The position numbers were made by a program, and so were the translations under genes. This document shows, piece by piece, positions 44,105 to 53,500 of a stretch of DNA of 64,000 bases (position 1 is the stretch's first letter; every line of letters starts with the position of its first letter). The notes beneath the pieces were generated by a model, which saw only the letters and a list, made by a program, of their open reading frames with translations, was not told the DNA's origin and did not search any database. This stretch comes from Candidatus Nanosyncoccaceae bacterium (GTDB lineage Bacteria > Patescibacteriota > Saccharimonadia > Saccharimonadales > Saccharimonadaceae): positions 33,670-97,669 of the forward strand of contig JBMNHQ010000002.1 of the NCBI GenBank assembly GCA_050950465.1, in the 5' to 3' direction.

Positions 44105-45931
44105 ATGCGAAAAACTCTAAAATATTATCGGCAAGTGATTACTAGATCATTTTTGGTATTGGTCTTATCGATTATCCTAGGTGTTGGTCTGTCGACATCA
44201 GTTTGGGCTGGGGTGGATGATTTTTATTTTGATAGCTTAGATGTTGAGTATCACTTGTCAGTTGATGAAGAGAATCGCTCTGTCCTTAAAGTTAAGGAAA
44301 CTTTTGTGGCAGTTTTTCCTGATTTTGACCAAAATCGCGGTATGGTGCGAGCAATTCCCTTGTCCTATCAAGGTCACTCGCTTAATCTTAAACTTGGCGA
44401 AGTTTATCGTAATGGTGGAGTTGCTCCCATAGCTAAAGACTCAATTGAAAATGGTTTTAGGCGACTGGAAATTCGTGATGATAGCTATATTCATGGCAAA
44501 AATACTTTTGAAATAAACTATACGATGCATGACACAACCCTGTCACCACAGGACAATTTATCAATTCAGGAGCTTTATTGGGATGTTAATGGCACGGGCT
44601 GGGGACAACCTTTTGAGTCAGTTCGAGCAACAGTGTTTTTAGAAGATGGCTTAATTAACAGACTAACTGGTGAGTCGGCTTGCTATACGGGCTATGAGGG
44701 ATCAAACGCAAAGGATTGTTTGATAGAACGTACACCGGAGGGCGGTTTTATAATAGAGACTCTCGAGCCGTTGTCGCCACGACAGAATCTAACTTTTGCA
44801 ATTGGTTTTCAGGCGGAGACTTTTGAACCTTACCAGATGACTAATGTACAGAAAATTCTAGTTGTGGTTGCTAAGATTATGCCAATTGTTTTACTAGCAG
44901 CGTTGATAGCACTCACTATCAAGCGTGTCAAACTTGGTGGTGGTGCTAAAAAAGATGCAGCTATTGCTACTCAATATATACCACCGAAGGGTATCGACGT
45001 GTTGCAATCAGCCACCTTACTTAATGCTACAACCAAAGCAGCTACAGCCACGCTGATTGATTTGGCTGTGCGACATAAAATTAACATCAAAGAAGTCGAA
45101 AAGCCTGGTCTATTTGGCCTAAAAAGTAAAAATTACAAGATAGAAGTAATTGACACCAAAGACCTAACACCTAATGAAATATTGATTTTGCATAGCTATC
45201 TACAAAAAGAGGTTGAGGTTGGTAGTAGTCGCGAACTGAAAAAAGACGAGAGCGATACAAGAATCGCTACTGGTGTGCAAGCGGCACAAACTACAGCTTT
45301 CAATGAGCTGAAAGAGTTGAAATATTATCAAGAAGCCCCAGAAAAAAAGAAATTAATTATGGCATCAATAATAATTATGTTACTATCGATTACCCTAACG
45401 ATTTTTGGCGGCTGGCTAAGTTCCAACTATTTGATTGACAAAGAGGGTCTTTGGCTGCCGTTTGTGGCTATGGCTTTAGTTGTGGCTAGTGTGGTGATTT
45501 TGATATCCTTTGCCACGATGCGGTTAAGAACTAACAAGGGTGCTGATGTTGTGCATTATCTAAAGGGTCTAGAACAATATATCAAATTGGCTGAAACTGA
45601 GCGTTTGGCGTTTAATCAGTCGGTCGATACAGCACAAACCGTATCAGGTAAAACCGATACAGAACGTCGAGTGGTGTTGTACGAGAGAATTTTGCCCTAT
45701 GCTATGTTGTTCAACTTGGAAAAAACTTGGAATAAGGTGCTTGAAGCGGTTTATCAAGAAGCCGGCGTGACGCCAGATTGGTACATCGGAACGGGTAGTT
45801 TTTCGGCTAGTGACTTTTCGAAGAGTATGTCAGACTTCTCGAGTTCGTCTAGTAGCTCATCAAGTAGCGGCTCGTCGGGCGGTGGCTCGTCTGGTGGCGG
45901 CGGTGGTGGCGGCGGCGGTGGTGGTTGCTAG
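44105..45931 (+). CDS. DUF2207-like membrane protein with poly-Ser/poly-Gly C-terminal tail
   Basis: Signal/TM, an extracellular beta-rich N-domain, central TM helices, and a C-terminal SSSSSSSSSGSSGGGSSGGGGGGGGGGGC tail as commonly seen in the DUF2207 family. GGGGGA SD. Confidence 0.7.
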   Translation: MRKTLKYYRQVITRSFLVLVLSIILGVGLSTSVWAGVDDFYFDSLDVEYHLSVDEENRSVLKVKETFVAVFPDFDQNRGMVRAIPLSYQGHSLNLKLGEVYRNGGVAPIAKDSIENGFRRLEIRDDSYIHGKNTFEINYTMHDTTLSPQDNLSIQELYWDVNGTGWGQPFESVRATVFLEDGLINRLTGESACYTGYEGSNAKDCLIERTPEGGFIIETLEPLSPRQNLTFAIGFQAETFEPYQMTNVQKILVVVAKIMPIVLLAALIALTIKRVKLGGGAKKDAAIATQYIPPKGIDVLQSATLLNATTKAATATLIDLAVRHKINIKEVEKPGLFGLKSKNYKIEVIDTKDLTPNEILILHSYLQKEVEVGSSRELKKDESDTRIATGVQAAQTTAFNELKELKYYQEAPEKKKLIMASIIIMLLSITLTIFGGWLSSNYLIDKEGLWLPFVAMALVVASVVILISFATMRLRTNKGADVVHYLKGLEQYIKLAETERLAFNQSVDTAQTVSGKTDTERRVVLYERILPYAMLFNLEKTWNKVLEAVYQEAGVTPDWYIGTGSFSASDFSKSMSDFSSSSSSSSSSGSSGGGSSGGGGGGGGGGGC

Positions 45932-45982
45932 CCAAACCTCGGTAAATCGGGTACAATTAATTTATTCAAGAAAGAGGTCGCT

Positions 45983-47281
45983 ATGTTAGATATAGATTTT
46001 ATTCGTAATAATCCTAAGCTTGTTCAAGAGAATGCTGTCAACAAAGCTGTTGAGGTTGATGTTGATGCTTTATTAAAATTGGATAGCAAAGTCCGTCAAA
46101 TCAAGACTTCAATTGATGAGCTGCGTCAAGAGCGCAATAAGCTTTCAGGCAAAAATAAAAATACCCGCCCGAGCGAGGCGGATTTAGCCAAAGGACGAGA
46201 ACTAAAAGATCAATTGGCTAAGCTAGAGGCTAAGTTAGCTGAGTTAGAACCAGAGTATATTAGTTTGTGGAAAAAAGTCCCAAATATGGCCGAACCAGAT
46301 GTGCCAGTTGGTTTGAGTGAAGAGGAGAGTATTGTCACTAAAACTGTTGGCGAGCCGACTAAGTTTGATTTTAAGCCCAAGAATCATGCTGAAATTGCCC
46401 AAGCAAAAGGTTGGCTCGATAAAGAGCGGGCTACTAAGGTAACTGGTAGTCGTTTCGCTTACGTCAAGGGTGATATGGCACGGTTGTCGTGGGCGATGAT
46501 GCAATGGGCGGCCGATCAGCTAACTGACGAATCGGTTATTACTAAAGTGGCTAAAGATGCTGAGCTTGATGTCTCAACTAAGCCATTTACGCTGGTTTTT
46601 CCACCATATATGATTAAAACCGATGTCTACGATGCTATGGATCGTCTTGAGCCACACGAAGACCGCTATAAGATTGATGGTCAAGAGTTGTGGTTGCAAG
46701 GTAGTGCTGAGCATGTCTTAGGCAGTATACATATGGATGAGATTATTCCAGAAGCCGATTTGCCACTGCGTTATCTTGGTTATGCTACTAGCTTCCGCCG
46801 TGAAGCGGGGACTTACGGTAAGGATATGGAGGGGATTATTCGGATGCATCAGTTTGATAAGCTCGAAATGGAAAGCTTGACGACCAAAGAAGTTAGTCGC
46901 GACGAGCATTCACTGATGATTGCCTTGCAAGAACACTTAATGTCACAATTAGAACTGCCGTATCGGGTATTAAACAAATGCACTTTCGATATTGGCAAGC
47001 CAAACGCTCGTGGTGTAGATATTGAAGTTTGGCTACCTGGGCAGGATAAATACCGTGAAACTCATACAGCTGACTATATGACTGATTACCAGACTCGACG
47101 TCTAAGCACGCGCGTGCGTCGTACAGAGGGTGGGGAGGTGGAGTTACTTCACACCAACGATGCCACTGCGTTGTCGCAACGACCACTGATTGCTATTATT
47201 GAGAACTTCCAAACCAAAGATGGTAATGTAATTGTGCCTAAGGTTTTGCGTCCCTACATGCAAAACCGCGATAAAATTTAG
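45983..47281 (+). CDS. serS: Serine--tRNA ligase
   Basis: N-terminal coiled-coil arm and a class II core (SFRREAGTYGKD, RMHQFDKLE, GSAEH-type motif, TNDATALSQRPLIAI). Confidence 0.93.
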   Translation: MLDIDFIRNNPKLVQENAVNKAVEVDVDALLKLDSKVRQIKTSIDELRQERNKLSGKNKNTRPSEADLAKGRELKDQLAKLEAKLAELEPEYISLWKKVPNMAEPDVPVGLSEEESIVTKTVGEPTKFDFKPKNHAEIAQAKGWLDKERATKVTGSRFAYVKGDMARLSWAMMQWAADQLTDESVITKVAKDAELDVSTKPFTLVFPPYMIKTDVYDAMDRLEPHEDRYKIDGQELWLQGSAEHVLGSIHMDEIIPEADLPLRYLGYATSFRREAGTYGKDMEGIIRMHQFDKLEMESLTTKEVSRDEHSLMIALQEHLMSQLELPYRVLNKCTFDIGKPNARGVDIEVWLPGQDKYRETHTADYMTDYQTRRLSTRVRRTEGGEVELLHTNDATALSQRPLIAIIENFQTKDGNVIVPKVLRPYMQNRDKI

Positions 47282-47341
47282 TAGATAAGTATACTCTTCC
47301 ATTATACCATAAGCACTATAAAAAGTCCATAGCCAAAACCC

Positions 47342-47370
47342 TTGTGCTTATTTACTTTTCGTGTTAGATT
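47342..47370 (+). promoter_or_regulatory. Candidate promoter of giant surface-protein gene copy 2 (identical to 16410-16438)
   Basis: Same TTGTGC-17-TGtTAGATT, in a block identical to 16401-16545. Confidence 0.5.
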
Positions 47371-47430
47371 AAATGTAGCTACTAAGTGTAGTGTGTAAAC
47401 AATAAATATTCAGGGGAAGGGTTATCTCTG

Positions 47431-50400
47431 TTGAAATTAGTTACTCGCAAACTAACTAAGTTTCAACCTAAGCTAAATAAAGCAACACAGTTTAGGTTAG
47501 GGTTTAAGTTTGGGTTTAAGTCTAAGGCTAACTCAGTTCAAAGCTCTAGCCCTAACTCTAATCTAAGCCTAAAGACTAATTATGGTTTTAAGATAAAAAC
47601 CAAACACCAAACCAACCAAACCCTAAGACTAGGACTAACACTAGCTTCACTCATACTCATAACCTTCCTATCACCTATACTAAAGAAGACCTTCACTCCA
47701 CACACAACTAACGCTACTACCATAACTAAAACATGGCAGTTAAACCAGAATATTCCCACTCAATACGATTACAACACACATGAAATTGAACAAACCGCTA
47801 CTGGCGCTAGACTAAAACAACTACCAAGCTCCATCACACTTACGGCTGATGAAGAGAGTTTCTTTGATGTGTGGGAGCCATATTATGGCGGTGGGCAAAC
47901 TTCAATAGTTGACGACCCTTCCAGTGGTGGTAATGGTAAAGTGTATAATGTTGCTAATCATGTTCAGCTTTTCTCTAATTTCTTTGTACCAATTAATCCA
48001 GATTTTACTTATACTATAAGTGGAAGATTTAAGTCAGTTGGTGCAGGTGGTGAATCTATGGTGTATTTTGGTCTTGCACCATATGATAAAAATTATTATC
48101 AACCAAACTTTATACAGCGGAGTGATTACCGTGCTGTTGGCGATACGGCCACTATTGCTAATTATGATGATTCAACTATCACAGTTCAAGCTGGCGTAGA
48201 TTTATCGACTTGGAATCAAGGTGGAGTGGATTTAGCTGTTGATCGTTTAATTGGCTTCTATTTTGATGGTCAGACTGACAAATTACCAGATTTTGTCATA
48301 TCGCCTCAAGAGTCTGGTTATTATTATAGTACAGATCCGACTAGAGGGGCTTATTCCACTGCTAGTGGTACAACCATTAATCTTAATACACCGATTCCGC
48401 CTGAAGTGCAGGCTAAAATAAACTTAGATGTAACGAAGATTAAGAATCATATGGGCGACTCTACATATCTTTATACAGCAGCTAAGTCAAAACTTATTCC
48501 CGCTAATATATACACTACCTATTCGGGTAGTATAACTGGCATAAATACTAGCTTGGGTCAAAATATACATAACTCATTCCCATACGAAACCAATTGGGCA
48601 AAAATAGTTATCTTACTCAACTATGGTCAAGATCATAATTATGCTACCAACTTCGACGACATCTCTCTCACTATCACTGGTTCTCAACCAATGTATTCAT
48701 GGCAGTCACCAGCTATTGAGCCACCATATAGCCAATACGTTAGTGGTCAACTAACATCTATGAGTCACACGCTTGGCTCTGGCTCATCAGACAGTGTTAA
48801 ATACCAAATCTCATTAGATAATGGCAAAAGCTGGCTTTATTACAACACGACCACTAACGCTTGGGAAAGTGACTTATCTCAGCGAGTATCAAATAGTAGT
48901 ATTTATCGCATTACTACCATCCGTGACCACGGCGCCCTCAAAGCCAATACTATCGAAGAAATCAACGCCAACTTAAACAAGTTACCAGCCACCGATGGCA
49001 TCCAATTCAAATGGCGCGCCTTCTTAGAGTCCAACGGCACTCAGCAGGTTGAACTCCAATCAGTCACTCTCACAGCCAATAACCTTGATCCAACTATCAC
49101 ATCCGTCACACCTAGCATTGGTCAAACCACTGGTGGTGATACTATCACTATACGTGGCAGTGGCTTCTCTAACGATGAGTTTGAGTACTTTGTTGGTACT
49201 TGTGGTATGACTAAAAGCGGCAAGCTTTACTGCTGGGGTGATAATACTTGTGGCCAACTAGGTGATGGCACTTTTACTAGCCGTTTAGATAAACGACCAA
49301 TCGCTCAAGGTGAAGTCCCAACCACTACAACCTTCACTCAGATTGTTAAAGGCTGGCTACACATGTGTGCTCTTGGCGACGATAACGAAATCTACTGCTG
49401 GGGTGACAATCAATATGGCCAATTGGGCGATGGTGCTTTCGACAACCGCAACATTCCAACTAAAGTCAACAAAGGCGCCATACCAGCCAGTGCTAAAATA
49501 ACCTCTATTTCTACAGCTTATTACCACACCTGTGCTCTAACCCAAGACGATAAGATGTATTGTTGGGGGCAAAATGACCTCGGTCAACTCGGTGACGGTA
49601 CCACTGACAATCGCTCACTACCAGTTGAAGTTAACCGTGGTAATATCCCAACATCAGTTAGAATCAGAAGTCTGCAGACTGGCTGGAAGCATAGCTGTGT
49701 CCTCGCTGGCGATAATAACGTCTATTGTTGGGGTCGAAACACTCTTGGTCAGCTCGGTGATGGTACTACTACTCATAGATCATCTCCAGTCCTTGTAATT
49801 CAAGGTCAGCGTGACCCTAGCTATAATATTACTCAATTATCCGTCGGTGCTCACTATGCCTGTATCAAGGATACTGATAGTAAAGCCTATTGTTGGGGTC
49901 GAAATGTTGATGGTGAATTAGGTAGCGGAATTACATCAAACTACGAAACTAGCCCAGTCGCTATTGCCCAAGGAGTTATGCCTGATCAAAATATTAAAAC
50001 CATCATGGCAGGCTATTGGAGCACTTATGCGATTAGCTCTGATGACAAACTTTATGCTTGGGGGCATAACGGAGACGGTTCCTTAGGTGATGGCACCACT
50101 ATAAATCGCAATACACCAATATTAGTCTCGTTACCGTACAGTTCTGGTGTAAATATCTCTCATACTAATTTCTGGTGGCGCTCTGCTCGAGTTACTGTGT
50201 CTAATGGACATCATTATATTTGGGGATTAAACAATCATGGCCAATTAGGTGATGGCACACAAACTAGCTACCACACACCAACCCACATCCGCTACTCCAC
50301 TAACCAAGTCAAGTTTGGTGACAACTACGCACCACAAGTTGAGCGTATTTCACCATATGAACTGCGTGTCCGAAACCCAGCGCATGAAGCTGGAGTAGTA

Positions 50401-50553
50401 GGAGTAACAGCCACCAACTCAACTGGCGAGACTACCACCAAAGCCGATTCTTACACCTACGAAAACCCCACCACACCAGAAATAACTAGCATCTCACCTA
50501 ACGAAGGTCTGATCTACGGTGGCGAGAAGTCACTATATCTGGCACTAATTTAG
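47431..50553 (+). CDS. Giant surface protein, copy 2, 5' part (anchor, N domain, IPT1 with nested 7-blade RCC1 propeller, start of IPT2), ended by frameshift
   Basis: TTG start in a context identical to copy 1 and collinear with copy 1 throughout. After ...ITSISPNEGLIYGGE the frame runs out (KSLYLALI, TAG 50551-53) because of a 1-nt deletion relative to copy 1. Confidence 0.9.
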   Translation: MKLVTRKLTKFQPKLNKATQFRLGFKFGFKSKANSVQSSSPNSNLSLKTNYGFKIKTKHQTNQTLRLGLTLASLILITFLSPILKKTFTPHTTNATTITKTWQLNQNIPTQYDYNTHEIEQTATGARLKQLPSSITLTADEESFFDVWEPYYGGGQTSIVDDPSSGGNGKVYNVANHVQLFSNFFVPINPDFTYTISGRFKSVGAGGESMVYFGLAPYDKNYYQPNFIQRSDYRAVGDTATIANYDDSTITVQAGVDLSTWNQGGVDLAVDRLIGFYFDGQTDKLPDFVISPQESGYYYSTDPTRGAYSTASGTTINLNTPIPPEVQAKINLDVTKIKNHMGDSTYLYTAAKSKLIPANIYTTYSGSITGINTSLGQNIHNSFPYETNWAKIVILLNYGQDHNYATNFDDISLTITGSQPMYSWQSPAIEPPYSQYVSGQLTSMSHTLGSGSSDSVKYQISLDNGKSWLYYNTTTNAWESDLSQRVSNSSIYRITTIRDHGALKANTIEEINANLNKLPATDGIQFKWRAFLESNGTQQVELQSVTLTANNLDPTITSVTPSIGQTTGGDTITIRGSGFSNDEFEYFVGTCGMTKSGKLYCWGDNTCGQLGDGTFTSRLDKRPIAQGEVPTTTTFTQIVKGWLHMCALGDDNEIYCWGDNQYGQLGDGAFDNRNIPTKVNKGAIPASAKITSISTAYYHTCALTQDDKMYCWGQNDLGQLGDGTTDNRSLPVEVNRGNIPTSVRIRSLQTGWKHSCVLAGDNNVYCWGRNTLGQLGDGTTTHRSSPVLVIQGQRDPSYNITQLSVGAHYACIKDTDSKAYCWGRNVDGELGSGITSNYETSPVAIAQGVMPDQNIKTIMAGYWSTYAISSDDKLYAWGHNGDGSLGDGTTINRNTPILVSLPYSSGVNISHTNFWWRSARVTVSNGHHYIWGLNNHGQLGDGTQTSYHTPTHIRYSTNQVKFGDNYAPQVERISPYELRVRNPAHEAGVVGVTATNSTGETTTKADSYTYENPTTPEITSISPNEGLIYGGEKSLYLALI
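49189..50300 (+). repeat. RCC1 propeller 1 of copy 2 (7 blades, approximate bounds)
   Basis: Seven CWG/AWG/IWG blade motifs, from KLYCWGDNTCG to HHYIWGLNNHG. Confidence 0.85.
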
Positions 50554-50573
50554 ATAATTTTAAGTTTAAACAA

Positions 50574-53500
50574 ATGGCTAAATCAGGTGGACCAACTAAT
50601 CACAACTGTGTTATTGGTCTAGATGGTTGGGTTTATTGTTGGGGGCGTAATGAATCTGGTCAACTTGGTACTGGCGATACCAATAGCCGCTCTACTCCAG
50701 TTGCTATCCAGCGTGGTGAAATACCAGCCGATGCTACTATTGAGTCTCTCTACATTGGTGGACGCCATGGTTGCGTTATTACTGACGCAGGCGATGCTTA
50801 CTGTTGGGGTGAAAACAACTCTGGTCAACTTGGTAACGGTCTATCAGGTGGGAGGGGTGACTCATTTGACCTTGGTATTGATCAGTCTACTCCAGTAGCT
50901 GTCCAACGAGGTATTATACCAACTAACGTTAAATTTTCCCAAATGGCCTTAGGCGGTGATGCTAGCGTCAATGGTTCTCCACCTGAGCACACCTGCGCCC
51001 TCGACTCAGCAGGTCAAGCCTACTGTTGGGGATATAACTACTATGGCCAACTCGGCACTGGTAATACTACTAGCTCCAATATCCCAGTTGCCGTCCAGTC
51101 TAATGACCTTGGCCACGCTCTCTATGGTAAGACTATTACCCAAATCACGGCTGGCTACTCTCACACCTGCGCCCTCGACTCAGCTGGCCAAGCCTACTGT
51201 TGGGGAAATAATTACCATGGTCAACTTGGTACTGGTGTGAGTGGTGGTGTCTCATATTATTATGATGACGGTATTGACTTCAACGTCCCAGTCCCCATCA
51301 AAGCTAATGACCCAACTGACGCTCTCCATAACAAAACCATCACCCAAGTCATAGCTGGTCGGCAGCACACCTGCGCTCTCGACTCAGACGGTAAGGTCTA
51401 CTGCTGGGGGTATAATAACTATGGCCAACTCGGCACTGGTAACGCCACTGACTTCAACGTCCCAGTCCCCATCAAAGCTAATGACCCAACTGACGCTCTC
51501 CATAACAAAACCATCACCCAAGTCATAGCTGGTCGGCAGCACACCTGCGCTCTCGACTCTACTGGCAAAGCCTACTGTTGGGGATATAATCAATATGGTC
51601 AACTCGGCACTGGTAATAGCACTAGCTCCAATGTACCAGTTTCCGTCAAAGCTGACCAACCAACCGATGTTCTCTACGGTAAAATTATTACGCAAATCAC
51701 AGCTGGTGGCTATGACACCTGCGCTCTCGACTCAGCTGGCCAAGCCTACTGTTGGGGATATAACTACTATGGCCGGCTCGGCATTGGTAATAATACTAGC
51801 TCTAATGTCCCACTACTAGTCAAACCAGGCTATCTCATCTACTTTGGTGGTACACCAACTAGCTTGGGTCTCTATCCAACTGGTAATAACACTAAATTAA
51901 CCAGTATTGAACTTAAAGTCATATCTCCAGCTGTCAGTGGACCGGCTACTGTTAATATTACTCTTCACTCTACTACTACCAACACTACCTATAACACCCT
52001 CAACCAAGTCTACACTTTCATTAGTCCACCAACTCCAATTATCACCCAAGTCATTCCTAACGCTGGCTCAGCTAATGGCAATACTGCCATAAGAGCTACT
52101 AACTTATCTAACCTCAAGTTAGCCGATGATTTTACTCAAATTACAGCTGGTGGTAGTCACACCTGCGCTCTCGACTCAGATAATAAAGCTTATTGTTGGG
52201 GAGGTGGCTACTCTGGTCAACTCGGCACTGGTAATACTAACAACTCTAATGTCCCAGTCCTCGTCAAAGCTGATGACCCAACTGACGCTCTCTATGGTAA
52301 AACCATTGCGCAAATCACCGCTGGCAGCTCTCACACCTGCGCCCTCGATTCCACCGGCCAAGCCTACTGTTGGGGGCATAACCAGTATGGCCAACTCGGC
52401 ACTGGTGATACCACTAACTCCAACGTCCCAGTCGCCGTCCAGTCTAACGACCCAACTGACGCTCTCTATGGTAAAACTATTACTCAAATCACGGCTAGCC
52501 AGCACCACACTTGCGCTACTGACTCCACTGGTCAAGCTTACTGTTGGGGAAGAAACGGCTTTGGCCAACTCGGTAATGGCGATACTAACGACTCCAATGT
52601 CCCAGTTCTAGTTGAAGCTAATAATCCAACTGATGCTCTCTATGGTAAAACCATTGCGCAAATCACCGCTGGCACCTCTCACACCTGCGCTCTCGATTCC
52701 ACCGGCCAAGCCTACTGTTGGGGATATAACGGCTCTGGCCAACTCGGCACTGGTGATACCACTAACTCCAACGTCCCAGTCGCCGTCCAGTCTAACGACC
52801 CAACTGACGCTCTCTATGGTAAAACTATTACTCAAATCACGGCTAGCCAGCACCACACTTGCGCTACTGACTCCACTGGTCAAGCTTACTGTTGGGGAAG
52901 AAACGGCTTTGGCCAACTCGGTAATGGCGATACTAACGACTCCAATGTCCCAGTTCTAGTTGAAGCTAATAATCCAACTGATGCTCTCTATGGTAAAACT
53001 ATTACCCAAATCACGGCTGGCACCTCTCACACCTGCGCTCTCGATTCCACCGGCCAAGCCTACTGTTGGGGATATAACGGCTCTGGCCAACTCGGCACTG
53101 GTGATACCACTAACTCCAACGTCCCAGTCGCCGTCCAGTCTAACGACCCAACTGACGCTCTCTATGGTAAAACTATTACTCAAATCACGGCTAGCCAGCA
53201 CCACACTTGCGCTACTGACTCCACTGGTCAAGCTTACTGTTGGGGAAGAAACGGCTTTGGCCAACTCGGTAATGGCGATACTAACGACTCCAATGTCCCA
53301 GTTCTAGTTGAAGCTAATAATCCAACTGATGCTCTCTATGGTAAAACTATTACCCAAATCACGGCTGGCACCTCTCACACCTGCGCCCTCGATTCCACCG
53401 GCCAAGCCTACTGTTGGGGGCATAACCAGTATGGCCAACTCGGCACTGGTGATACCACTAACTCCAACGTCCCAGTCGCCGTCCAGTCTAACGACCTAAC

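Noticed and set aside
50521-50553. Programmed -1 ribosomal frameshift joining the two halves of giant gene copy 2
   Set aside because: There is no X XXY YYZ slippery heptamer at GGCGAGAAGTCA and no evident downstream pseudoknot or hairpin. The paralog shows the site is simply one base shorter.
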